A DNA stretch of 63,117 bases, counting the filler, from Choristocarpus tenellus KU-1152 (taxonomy: Eukaryota; Protista; Phaeophyceae): the NCBI GenBank assembly GCA_964200185.2. It is 10 parts of 10 records of this genome, joined end to end, with 100 filler letters (N's around TTAATTAATTAA, not from the genome) between each part and the next. Parts side by side here need not be neighbours in the genome. Positions count along the whole stretch, not along the records: positions 43,579 to 55,909 come from CAXNAD020001871.1; positions 56,010 to 59,218 come from CAXNAD020021520.1; positions 59,319 to 63,117 come from CAXNAD020017856.1; 7 more parts are not named here. The stretch is one strand, 5' to 3'. Positions 49,063 through 61,375 of this stretch are shown one piece after another; the stretch's first letter is position 1, and each line of letters opens with the position of its first letter. Below the pieces are notes generated by a model. That model ran no database searches. It was not told the DNA's origin and was given only the letters and a program-made list of their open reading frames with translations. The position numbers and the translations under genes were made by a program.

Positions 49063-49879
49063 GGTCTTAGATGTGCTGATTCAGCAAGGGTTTGCCTCTT
49101 CAATCAAAGGAACTTAGATACAACGCCCAGCAACATTACACGAAATTATGGTAATGCCAGGAGATGTAGGGTCGGGGCAGGGGGCAGCAAGGAAAGGCTG
49201 GAAGGTGCGTGAGGTGGATCAGGTGTGGAAATTGGGGTGAGGGAGTAAAGATGGGGTTATTACTCCTCCGGTGGAAACAATTGCACGTGTGGTCAATGAC
49301 TTTCACTTCATAAATCAACCCAATCAGAAAAGGAAAAAAAGAGGTGTACCTTTCATGTAAACCTCAACACACACCCAACAACCACAACATACCATATGTA
49401 GTAATGGTACAAATATTAAAATGGGAAAGTTCATGAAAATATCTGAGTTTTGTAGGGGGAGAATTATGGTAGTAATGTGGTACAATACAGGAGATGAAGG
49501 AGAGGTGAGCAAAGAAAAAGAAAAAGTAAGTCAAGGGATGAACGAAGAGGTAGGTAATGAGTGATTAGGAGGTAGAAGAGGTAGGAGAGAAGCTAAAGAA
49601 GTGGTTGGTAGGTGGAGTTACAAGGTAAGAAGGAATGGTCAGTATGTAAAGAAAACCTAGGGTGGTGATACAAGTCAAGGAGGGCTAGAACAACACAACC
49701 TCCGAGCAAGCTCCCACCCACCCACCCTTTCACTTGCTCGAGACCAATAGGGATGCTGGGTAAAGGGAGGAGAGGGAGGCCAAGTTTGGGCGAGGGTAGA
49801 TCTCTTCTAGTTCAATCAAAGGCATGGTGTGAAGGGGATGATGAAGGGGTAATCTTGGATGATTGTTGAGTGGTGTTGT

Positions 49880-50023
49880 GGGGTTGAGTGGAGTAGTAAC
49901 TGGTGTGGGGTTGAGTGGAGTGGTAAGTGGTGAGGGGTTGAGTGGAGTGATAGCTGGTGTGAGGTTGAGTGGAGTGGTACTGGTGTGGGATTGAGGGGAG
50001 TGGTAACTGGTGTGGGGTTGAGT
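49880..50023 (+). repeat. G-rich ~27-bp minisatellite (GGGGTTGAGTGGAGTRGTAACTGGTGT), ~5.5 copies
   Basis: Read directly. Confidence 0.85.
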
Positions 50024-50041
50024 AGGGTTGAAGGATGTGGT

Positions 50042-50306
50042 GGTGACTGGAAATCAGTGGCAAAGATGGTTCACACTGGTTGGTCATCAGAGGTGGCTGG
50101 AAATCAATGGCAAAAGGGGATCGCATTGGTTGGTCATCGCATAGGGGGGGTGACTGGAAATCAGTGGCAAAGGGGTCACACTGGTTGGTCATCAGATGTG
50201 GGGGGTGGCTGGAAATCAATGGCAAAAGGGATTTGCATTGGTTGGTCATCACAGGGGGGGAGGGTGACTGGAAATCAGTGGTGAAGGGATCTCACTGGTT
50301 GGTCAC
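50042..50306 (+). repeat. Array of five ~47-bp hairpin-forming units (A-B-A-B-A) with short G-rich linkers
   Basis: Units start at 50042, 50092, 50149, 50204 and 50263: GGTG(A/G)CTGGAAATCA(G/A)TGG...CA(C/T)TGGTTGGTCA. Confidence 0.9.
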
Positions 50307-51561
50307 AAGCGGCAGTACAATGGGGAGGAGGGGAATGGGTGGAATGCAAACATAGAATAAAATAATAACAATCCAGAATTCGTGAGCAAAACAAAAGGTG
50401 GACACTATTCATATACTACTACATATTTTGAAATTACTTTCTGTTGTTGATGTGCCCATGATAATCGTATGTAGTAGAAGCGTAGGTGACCCCCAAAGAG
50501 TGTTGGCATATCTTCTAGTTCTCTTCCTCGTGGCCTATCTATCAGGGCCCATCGACATGGAGCCTACAGCAACAACAAAAAAGGCGCATTATTACTTCAT
50601 CCTCTTTTCAATATTGGATATATTATGTAATATATTATTATCGGAGGTAGTGTGTGGTAAAAAAAGATATAGTATTTTTTTAAAAGGTATTGTTATTACT
50701 ATTTGCTGAGTTCTCCTACTTCATATCAAGCAGGGTTCAAGAGGTTTACGAAGGAGAAGTAGTGACCTATTCATAAATCATCTATACTACTAATAGTTAA
50801 CATGACTTCTATTATCTTCCTCTTGCAGGAAACATGCATACATAGTATGTAAAAAAAAAAGAGTGGGAGTTGCCTGCAAAAAAACGTACATATGGTGGCA
50901 TGTACTCCAAATTGTTGGTGTTGCAGTATGTAGAATATATTTTCGGGACTGCATGACAAACTTGAATGATAAGCCCCACCCATGAAACATCTATTACCTA
51001 AGAATCTCCAAAAAAAATGTCAGCAAGTAAAAAGAGTATGTACTAGTGTGGCAACGTATAGTAGTAGCTCGTATTTTGTGGGGATATATACACAGAAAAA
51101 GTAAAAGATACAGCTGGACACCTCACTATCGACTTCGTATTCTTATTCCACCATAATATTTATATCATGCTCGGTAATGTGTTTGAAAAAGTTGGTATAA
51201 ATACTTCAACTGTGTACGGTGAATTTTCTGAAGACTTAAAAAGCAAATTCCTGGAGCTCTAGAGGATCCTAGATTTTTTGCAATTGACGTTTCACTAGTT
51301 GCCCACATGCGATCTCCACTTATTCCAGCAATGCATTTTAATGCAAGATATATTGAAACGACGAAAAATTGGTTTGGGGGAGGTAGTGATTTGACTCCGG
51401 TATTTTTTGATAGTATAGAAAGCAAGGAATTTCACTCTAATTACTAATGTTATACCACTACTAAATATCGTACATAACGTGACACGTGACGATGAGGTCT
51501 CTTGATTTAGTTGTTGTATAGTATTCCAACCTATCACATACCAACATCGTGCTCCGCTACT

Positions 51562-51818
51562 GAGCCAAAGTGAACGAGAGGTACCCAGCTTTTGGCAATT
51601 TTGCATCATAAAACAGTTCCTCATTCTTTTGCATTCAATCCATATTTGTAAGGATATTCTAAATTTGATTTGAGAGGGTTGATTTCTGTATTGCTTGAAA
51701 CTTTTCAAAACAATTCGAAAAATATACTTCACACATTTGTAAAAAAGGTCAAATTTCGAACATATTTTGTTGGCATCCTTAAAATGCAACTCTGGGTACC
51801 TCTCGTTTGCTGTGACTC
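51562..51818. mobile_element. MITE family 3 (~257 bp, TIR GAGYCAMAG..AACGAGAGGTACCCAG)
   Basis: gagccaaagtgaacgagaggtacccag ... ctgggtacctctcgtttgctgtgactc. A related degenerate element lies at ~51997-52197. Confidence 0.8.
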
Positions 51819-54191
51819 ACTACCACCAATACAATACTTCGTAGTGTTAAAATTATAGTATGTTAGTAGAAAGGCAATCTTATTGACATGCCAGGCTGGA
51901 AGGCCACAAACAGGACGAAGGTTAAAGACCTGTATAACCAATAATATATAATGAAATGTATGCATCCCGTGTTGAAGTAGTAGTGGTAATATTAGTGACC
52001 CGAAATAAGCGAGAGGTACCCTGGTTTCGGGCGTTTCAAGTCTGTTTTTCGATCTTTTCCAATTCACACATATTTCGAAAGATGAAGTTCTAAGTTTGAC
52101 TTGGGAGAGTTTATTTCTTAATTGCTTTAAATTTTTTCGACACAAATCAGAAATATTCTATACACTGATTTGTACCTCCTCGACTATGGCTCTCTCTGCA
52201 TATACACACATATATGTGTGTATATATGCAAAATACTTAGCTCATCAATATTCTTGGCTGTGTTAAGTTTTTGCATGAATTCCACGTTCTCTTGCGAGTT
52301 GGAGGTCTACTATTGGGTGACGGTATCTACAGATAACAGCAATATAGTGGTAGTAAGTCATTGAACAAAATAGGCAACACAGAAAAGAAAAGACCACCCA
52401 AAACCGACTAAGGTCACCACTCCCACACGGAAATGTGTCGACAATTCCAACATATAAAACGGCAATACTTCACCGCAAAAATAATATTATTTTATTGGGA
52501 AGTATTAATTGTCCTTTTGACAACTAGATATAAAATTGTGATGCATCGCTTCATTCACCCATCAGAGTACGTAGCATGGAGCACCAAGCTTCATGGAGCA
52601 ACAAGACTTGGTATAGGTTGTGAACTTGACGAAATAAATACCTCGCTATTGCCAAAGGATGGGCGATAGGTCGGTTGTCCCAGACCAAGAAGTTGTTGCC
52701 CTCCCCAACACCTACACCTCCCTTTGTTCTCCCCCGCATCCACTGTCTAGTGAATGAGCTTGTCGATTGGTTGAAAATAAATAACTGGTGGTTCAATCCT
52801 TGTTTTAAGGGATTACCAGTTATTAACTGTTCCTTTCCAAGATCCAGTCTTGGGTTGTAGTCCCCGTTGAGGCCCTTCAACAACCCCCCCACAAACATGT
52901 AGTGGCCTAAGGTGCACCTCTCAGCTCCATCTGTACCCTGACCACCATACCCCTACTTCCTGACCTCAGAAATACGTGTTCAGTCAGGCGGGAGCAGTCA
53001 ATAGCGGGCGGCTCTTGCCCCCATGTGGCAGAGGAATTATTGAGGGATGAGCAAGCTTGCCTGTAGAAGTAGAACATAGAATATGGAGTACACCTTATTT
53101 CGTTGAGTTGAATCTTTGTCGCTACTATCTTGAGGTCCTTAAAGATTTTTGATAACATTATACATAGTATCTACCAGGTCTTCTATGTATTATGTGTAAG
53201 AAAATTTTAAACTCGTCTTTTCTTGAGGACCGCCTTACTGGATAGTTGTAGGGCTCAAGCAGCTCATTGAAGGAGATCATCACGGCACAAACGTATGAGC
53301 ATAGGTTAAGGTTCGTTCTTAACCATGCTATTCCTTACTTCTAGAAGGACACAAGGTACAGCGGATGAAACCACGAGTTGAAAGAATGAGGGCTCATAAC
53401 GAGGGAAGCCATGACCCTACTCACTATAGTCTCCTCTATTTCTTGATGTGAAGTGTTGTTTGGGTACTATAAGTGTAGTTAGGTGCTACAAGGTTCTTCA
53501 TCCAAATGATGACCCATTATTGAGCTGGGCTGGCTGGGGAAAGAGATGATGTAGCAGACCACAGGTGAGGCCTTCGGAGTGGTCAGAGAGTCAATCGGTA
53601 TTTTATCCAATATTTTTAGGTGCCCAAGTACAGCAACAGTATATTGCGCAAATTTGAATGAAAGCGAAGGTAGTTGGTTTGCTTGTGTTGAGTATTTTTC
53701 ATATGTGTAGGTGGTGCTTCTTGACTTGTTCTGATTGACCATTGGGTCGAGCTAACTGTGGCGAGTGATACATAGGCACGTTAAACCCAACCAGACCTTG
53801 CGGAGTGGCCTGGTCAGACTTTGCTGTTGTGCTTTGCCCTTTGTTTATAGTCCGGAGTACTTGATATTTTTTTAAGGATTTTTCGAACATGTCCTCACAA
53901 AATTGCCATGCTACTGCACCACTGACAAGAGACAAACATGATAATGAGGGCTGACTGGTGATTTTCTCTTCCCTGAATAAGGGGGTCATGGACTGTTACA
54001 CATGGATAGGCTCTTAGGGCATCATTCTGGTCATCATATCGCACTATGGTGCTAGACTGGGCTTTAGAATATTAATGATTGAGTCTTTGAACCATTACTC
54101 GTATGTAATAAACTTCAAGGTGTGCTCTAATAGTACCAAAATATAGTGATTTCCACAAAATATCGTACAAATACTCTACTGACTGTATTTT

Positions 54192-54448
54192 GAGCGAACC
54201 AGTTGAGAGGTAGGCACGTTTGGGCCCTTTTTCATTCTTACCCATATTTCTTACCCTATGCAATACACCCTATTTCATTGCTTTATGTGCGCACTAGTGT
54301 ACGCAAAATTGGTATTCCCCCTTTCCATACACAAAATGGCACCACAAATCATCAAAGGCTCTTCTACGCTTGCACAAAATAGTGTCTTCTTGCCCTTTCT
54401 TGGAATCCTAAAAATGCAGCTCTGTCTACCTCTCAATTGCTTCGGCTC
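54192..54448. mobile_element. MITE related to family 3, apparently nested in another element ending at 54531
   Basis: gagcgaaccagttgagaggtaggca ... tgtctacctctcaattgcttcggctc; a second right end cttacctctcgattggtttgggtc follows at ~54508-54531. Confidence 0.7.
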
Positions 54449-55868
54449 GTCGGGTGTATTGCACAGGTTCTGGAAAATGTCTTAGAATGCAAAACGGTCT
54501 AAACTTGCTTACCTCTCGATTGGTTTGGGTCCTTATTCCTAGTAGCAACGCCTTATACTCAGAGTACATACGCAGTATACTTACGGTCTGAGATATATGT
54601 GTGATTGCTGGCAGCGTTGAACGACTGGATCCTTGGAAAAGGGATGGTTTAAGATCTATTGACGGGGATTTCAACAACTAAAGCAGTAAAATATTCAGGG
54701 CCTTTCACCGGGCTGGGCACTTAGCATGTCCACTGTCGGCTATATAGCCATGGGGCAGTCCACGGCCCAGCCATGTTGAGTAAGCAATGGCCATGGACGC
54801 AGCCATGTTCAAACTTGGTTGTACATGGCCGGCTAGTGGTCATGGACTCAGCCATGTTATAATATATGACCGGTCTGGTAACTTTTTTGTTTATACTCAT
54901 GCCGGCCACGTCATGACCATACCTCCCTAATTTCCTATTTAATCATTCATTCTACTTGAATCTTATATCCTAAACTACAACCGTAAGAACTACATATAAA
55001 ATATACAAATCCGTCTACGACAGATAGTCTCAGTTATAACGAAAGTAGCACTATCTCGACGTGTTCTGTGTATTAAGCTGGAAACACCAGGGAGATGAGC
55101 AAGGAGGAGCATTTTGGATTCTTGGGATGCTTCCCTAGCTCCTCACCCTGGGGTGCAGGACTGAGCTAGGTTAGAGGCACAGGAAGGAAGTGGTACAGCA
55201 TAGCTGGTAGTAAAATAGTAAATAGATTCATGTCTTTCACATTGTACAACAACCGTTACCTTTTAAGGGATTTTTCTCATATATGAATAGTTTTCATTGG
55301 TTTTTCCCGGACATACACGTAAAATGTCAAAGGGCACAATAATAAAAATATATATGTTATCTTCTATTATATAATTTCGACCATTCAAATTAAAAATATA
55401 ATACAATTACATTGGTGGGTGACTGAGGTGATTTGTGATCGTGTGGCAATGTCTCACATTCACACCCCATTCATCATCTTCACTCATCACTCCTCACCCC
55501 TATGTGAACCACGAACACCATGAAGTTCAGGGAAGACAAACCTTAACCCTTAGAGAATAGACGTTGACCACACGTGATTGAGTTGTAATGTGATAGTGCC
55601 AGTGATGGAGATAGAGACAGCAGCATTCTTAGTGACATTGATAGCAGCATTAGCAGTGGATGGCGAAAGTGGTAGTGACGCTGGCAGGCATGCATCAAGA
55701 GGGTGCCCAGACCAGGCTAGGTCGACAGCTCCGCCCGTCAAGTCAACTCTGCAAAGTGTTGAATTTGGCACATCCACTGACGGTACCTTCAGGCAGCCCT
55801 CTATGCTAATGAATCAGCGGAAGGTACCTACCTGCACACGCTCAAAAGCGCTATGTTATGGAAGATAT

Positions 55869-55909
55869 GAGACAAATTATCTTAGAGGGTAGAGCCGCGT
55901 CCATTTGGG
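55869..55909 (+). mobile_element. MITE family 1, partial copy at contig end
   Basis: gagacaaattatcttagagggtagagccgcgtccatttggg, then the gap. Confidence 0.85.
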
Positions 55910-56515
55910 NNNNNNNNNNNNNNNNNNNNNNNNNNNNNNNNNNNNNNNNNNNNTTAATTAATTAANNNNNNNNNNNNNNNNNNNNNNNNNNNNNNNNNNN
56001 NNNNNNNNNCCAGTTTGAAGGTTCGAGGCTATGATGCAGAATAGCATCAAAGAGGAGCTAACCCATTCAAAACAAAAAAAAAAGAAGTGTAACTTGTACA
56101 CCTGACAGGAAATGGGTGTCGCCACACCCCCTAAGTTTCCATTGGGTGAGTTTTCAGAGCAAGATTCCCCCTCCATTTGGAAAACACCCCCAGTGCAGAA
56201 GTGGAAAGGATGGCACGCCAGAAAATCTCTGGAAGATATTCCCCCCTTTTCTTATCATTGTCCCCCTACAGCTTCAGTCATGCATGTTGTATCAGCTGCT
56301 CTAAACTTCGCCAAAGCATCCATCAAGTATCGTGCACATCCCCCTCACCGCTCCCTTCTGTTCACTCCAGCACTGTATCCCTCACCGGTCACTCGTCGAT
56401 TTAAAAGTAACTTTGTACAACATTAAAAAACATATACGTAACGTGCTTCATTTGCCAAGAAACACCGTACACAAAGATAAGTATTTCTAGGGAGGAACAA
56501 ACAAACACTCACTTC

Positions 56516-58193
56516 TCACATCGGGCGCATCACAGACAGGCACAACACCCCGCCCACACATCCACTCGGAAGCACACCAGCCTCCTCCCACATTCCCCCT
56601 GCCCTCTTCCACACCCAGACATCCCTCTCCCCTGCAGCAAATAAAGTCTCGCCATCAGGGGACGCAGCCAGGCTTGTCAAACCATCGATCATTGTTGCGC
56701 CCGCTGTCTCCCCCTCCCAACGCATGGCTACATTGCTTCCTCCTCCCCTCCCTTCACATTGCTTTCTCTCTGCCTCCTCTTCCCCACCTTGACCACCCCC
56801 TGAGGCCCGGCCTAGCCTATGCCTCATACTATCCCCTCCTTCCACCTCCCCCAGCCCAGCCACCTTGTTGCCTCGAAGAGTAGCAATAGGTTTCTTCCAC
56901 TGCCTCGGATCCCACACAAACAAAAAGCCATCTTCACCCCCAGTAGCTACCCACCGGGGATCTCCCCCTCCAGACCCTCCTTCATGGGCAGGGTCGACTG
57001 CCACACCCATCACAGTACCCATGTGGCTGTTCAGACTCACAACAGCCCTACGCGAATTGGGATTCCACACCACAACCTGCAGAGGTTTAGTCAGGGGAAG
57101 AGCAGGGGAGGGGGGGGGGGGGGGGGGGGTAAGAGAGAGAGGGGATATGTGCCGCAACAGCTGCGAACATTTTGAAGCATTTGATTTAGTAAACACAAGA
57201 GAATTGCTTCCAACACCATTAGAACCAAAAAACAATTGCAACTCGCCATGGAGGATTTATAGTAGTAAATATAGTTTGTAGTAGATCACCATTTTCTGTA
57301 TCGCAATACACAGAGAGGGATATGATAGTGCGCAGCCCACGCATGGGAGTTGGGGGGAGGGGTGGGGGGAGAGGGAGTGACAATGACATTCCTATCCCGA
57401 TCTTGTTTGCGTGTGGTATTTCAACACACCTTTTTGTCCTCCCCGCCACTGACCAAAAGGGAGCCAGAGGATGAGGTGGCCAAGCACCGAACCGGGTAGG
57501 AGTGTCCTCTAAACGACAACCGGCCAAGCGATCGAGCCTTTGCAATATCCCAAAGCTGAACCTGGTATTGTTCAAAATATTATTGGAGCCACAGGAAAAG
57601 ACACAGAGGTCAAATGTGCAGGGATTAAATTAAAACAATCTTGACTAAACTTTAAGTTCGCTCCCTGGTTAACATTGTACAAGCCGCCCATATCCCCCCC
57701 TAACCGCATCTGTGATTTCGAGTTTCCTCTCTCTGGCACCACCGAGTCCCACCACTTCTCCAGCCTTCCTTCCCTTCTCTACTTCCCCTGTTCCATCCTA
57801 CCACAACAGCCACTCCTGCCGACACCCCACAGACTCACCACCCAATCGGTTCCTCCAGTTGCCACCCAATCTGGTTGCCCCCCCCCTTTCAGGGCACAGC
57901 AGGTGATGAACTCAGAAGATCCATGTGCCTCATCCACCCTCGCAGACTCATGCCAGGGAGGTCCCTGTCCTTCTCCACCAGTATCCGCAGGCCCGTGCAT
58001 ACCTGCACCTCCCACATCCCCACTCCAGTTCCCATGAACACCCTTGGCTGCCCAGGATGCACCAATGGCTCCCGAACGCGCCCAACCACCTCCAACAGAA
58101 GGCATCCAGAATCGGAGGGAACCATCACGACCCCCAGAGACAGCGCAGTCAGCTCCAGGTGCCAGAGCACAGCAGTTTACCCAGTCTGTGTGA
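56516..58193 (-). CDS. WD40-repeat protein (3' part, 2 exons visible)
   Basis: Exons 58193-57839 and 57076-56516 join in phase 0: HTDWVNCCALAPGADCAVSGGRDGSLRFW...ITCCAL...VATGGTDWV|VVVWNP...SHMGTVMGVAV...VATGGEDGFLFVWD...LTSLAASPDGETLFAAGERDVWVW. These are WD40 blade motifs. Confidence 0.82.
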
Positions 58194-58367
58194 CTACCAG
58201 GGAGTGGGGGCACGTTATAGGGGCGTGGTGTGATGGTGGGTGATGGAGGGAATTATCAGATCAGGGAAAGGGGGGACATGTTGCCCTGTCCCCCTGTACC
58301 AAAAATGCGTGTGTTTGTTCATTATACCAATGATACAGCATGCTCAATCGATAGCACGCCGCACTAG

Positions 58368-58403
<36 letters not shown>

Positions 58404-58510
58404 ACAGTATAGTAGAGTATTTGGTTAAATATCATTAGTAGTAGAATTACAACTATTGAAAAGGTTCTCCAGCCTGTGTAATCTTTCAAGGGTGTGCCTC
58501 CTACAAAATG

Positions 58511-58641
58511 GAGGTCTACTGGGCACACAGGTGCCCAGGTTCATAGGGGCACCCCCACTGACATCAATTTCTCTAACCCTAACCCTAACTTAAAAAATAA
58601 AATATGTAAGAACCTGGGAACCTGCATGCCCAGTAAACCTC
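58511..58641. mobile_element. Small foldback/MITE with 32-bp TIRs and internal telomeric repeats
   Basis: gaggtctactgggcacacaggtgcccaggttc ... ctaaccctaaccctaac ... gaacctgggaacctgcatgcccagtaaacctc (4 mismatches). Confidence 0.75.
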
Positions 58642-59669
58642 TTGCTGAAAAAAAGACCAACTAAAAAAAAATCAGAACAAGTGGGATTAGTTCACTCTGT
58701 ATAGATGACTGTGACACAACATGTTGCTTCATGAAAGGGTTTGTAGATGATTATCTAGTGAAAAGCACTCAGTCAGCACCACCATGGACAGGTACGTCCT
58801 GGGAAAAAAGGAGCAAAACCATGTCCTTTTATTAAATGTTCGAACTACATGTATGGATTCAGCCACCTGCCCACCGATTATGCCAGGAAAAAGTAAGAGA
58901 GTATTAAAAAGTATTGTTTGCCTCGAGAATTTAACAAACACCCTAGTATTAATTAGATTAAGTTCACTTGAAACACTTTGATGTACCCCATTCAATTCAA
59001 GCATGCATGGCACACTGTGTGACATAAAGCACTGTGAGGATAAAGGCCCCTGAGCCAGTGAGGGGACCCACCAGTGGTGCGAAAAAAGTACTTGTTCTGA
59101 AGAGGCATACCTGACAGATTGGTCTTGCAAATTTTCTAGGCTTCAGGTTCATTCATACAATGGTATCAAAGTATCGGGGGGGGGGGGGGGGGCGTCCGTG
59201 TGGGCGGGGGGGGGGGGGNNNNNNNNNNNNNNNNNNNNNNNNNNNNNNNNNNNNNNNNNNNNTTAATTAATTAANNNNNNNNNNNNNNNNNNNNNNNNNN
59301 NNNNNNNNNNNNNNNNNNAGAGATTAAAAATCCCGGCAAGGAAGCAAAGGAAGGGAAATTTGAGAGGGGAACGGAAAAAGGCGGAAAAAAACAAAAAAAA
59401 AAAAAAAAATCTCAAAAAAACGGGCATGAACCCCGTACCTCTTGTGAACCGTACCTCTTGTTGGCCTCCCCCGCCAGCGGTGAGTGACGACCCTAACGAA
59501 GAAAAAAAAACTCAAAACAGATTCAAGAGGCATTTATTTACGCCACCCTTACTTACTCCCCTTTCAACACCGTGGCGGCAGTGAGAGCTTAGAGCCTTCG
59601 AAAGGGTAGGGTCATTAGACGCTCTTTGCTGCGGTGGGTGCTGTAGCCAAACCCCCCCTTCTTTCTCAC

Positions 59670-61157
59670 CTGGTGCACAATTGCCTCGGCAAGCAAGGTG
59701 GCCAGGAGTGGACTTCGTCGGAAGTAGTCGACACTCGAACTTTTCATCGGGCGGTCCGTCGTGCACGGGGTGGGGGGATTGGGGAAAGTAGCAAGAGAGA
59801 GTTTTTTGCGAACTGTGTGTGAGTTGACGGTAGATACGCTTGTGGCGGTGACGGAAGGGTTAGGGGGAGATGTTTGGTCAAGGGCTTGGGGGAGGAACGA
59901 GATGAGTGGGAGGGAGACCCGCCCTGTAGCTTCCTCACGCAAGCAAGCAGGAGGTCTGACTAGACAGACCTAAGCGATCTGACCCACATCCCACCCTGGA
60001 AGTTACATCAGGTTTTTTTAGTGTGGCTTTGTGCTCATCGGTGTGTCCATAGCGCCCCACAGATTTGCTGATTTATGTTGGAAGAAAAGGGAATTGCTCC
60101 GAGCTCTAGGTGAGCATCAACAAAATTCGAACGATGAGGCATTTGACACAGCAGTGAGAACGGAAGACACAAAGGGCACGTGACCGTTTCTGCACCTTAA
60201 TACCCCTTGTTGTGCAGTGTGCCCCTCCCTGTGCTTCCTTACACCACCTCCATCTTCATCCTTTTGATCTCCTGATAAGCTTCCAGACGCCAAGGCCACG
60301 GCACAGGTAAGAATCAAAATGCACCCTCCAGCCGCAAGCAATAGGGCATGATGTCCACCAGCGTGGGACATCCGTCCAGCTGCAAGACCGGCTAATGCAC
60401 TAATTACACAAGAGTATCCCTAAGAAGGCGGCGGTGCGTCAAGAAAGAGTGGGAAGGAGGATATTGGGAAAGAGGGCAGTAGAGCTCAAGACAGTTCCAG
60501 TGGCAACGGCTCTCCTAGTTTACATAGCGGTACATTACCTGAGAGTCGTTTGTTCATCTAAATCCTGCTATCCAGAATGAGAGACATTGATCGGCTGCCT
60601 CTCCGTTCATATTGACTTCTGAAATAACGTCTCACCTGTACTGTACAAAGCCACATTCTTGCTTTGACCAGGCCCTTGCAATAGAGTGCCCTGTTGAGGA
60701 AACCCCAAACTTGGGTAGAAAGGAGACTGACGTACATCTCCCGAAAAATGTACAATGCCGCGACTAGGACTCGTGTCATCATCGTAGCTTCCCCGCTCAC
60801 CGACAAGCCAATCGAAATGGCCAAAAAGAAGAGAGCGCAGAGGAAACTGCTCAACAAGAGGGTCGAACGGGGGCCAAGCTTCTTGATGCACCGAACATAC
60901 AAAGCGAGGACCACAATGCTGACTGGGAGAACAGCTACCGTGGTAAAAGGAAGAGCTGATGGGTATGCTCCGAAGCCATAATTACGACTGGCAAAGAGTG
61001 TTATCGAGGCCGCTCGGGCGAGTTCATACCCTGCATAGTGAGTGCAAAGGGCAACAGCCAAACAAACCAGATGCCGTGACCGTGGTGGCTGTACCTGTTG
61101 CTCCACTTTTATACACATGTCACCCTTTTCACCTCTCACTCTCACACGCGCTCTCAC
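59670..61157 (-). CDS. NTT/TLC-like (ATP/ADP antiporter family, MFS fold) transporter, 5' part
   Basis: Exons 61157(or 61118)-60636, 60419-60196 and 59955-59670 join in phase: HYAGYELARAASITLF...LYIFREMYVSLLSTQVWGFLN...VQ|GYSCVISALAG...|...SPLLATLLAEAIVHQ. Multiple hydrophobic helices, with the y.sl....fW.f.N pattern of the NTT/TLC family. The gene continues past the gap. Confidence 0.68.
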
Positions 61158-61375
61158 ACTCTCTCACGTTTTCGTTGTCTAGTTCGCTCAATATCGCTCT
61201 TTGTCATACTCTCGTACTCCCTTCCTTTCCCCACCCCAAATAGGTGGAGCTAAGCCTAGTAACTCCTATAGTACGTTCAAACGAAAAAAACTTTCTTCAT
61301 TTTATTGTTTTTGAATCAACCAACCAAAAACAACTCAAAACGCATTAAAGACTCACACAATCTACAGCTACTTCG
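61158..61375. promoter_or_regulatory. Putative bidirectional promoter between the two transporter genes
   Basis: About 220-260 bp between divergent ATGs. Confidence 0.55.

Noticed and set aside
50042-50306. Hammerhead ribozyme or SECIS in the hairpin array (CTGATGA on the minus strand)
   Set aside because: No GAAA core downstream of a stem II on that strand. SECIS quartet spacing is not met and no selenoprotein ORF was seen.
55550-55790. Minus-strand ORF as a further WD40 exon
   Set aside because: The WD40 frame already terminates at 56516 and an artificial linker separates the two. It could be an exon of another gene but is unassignable.
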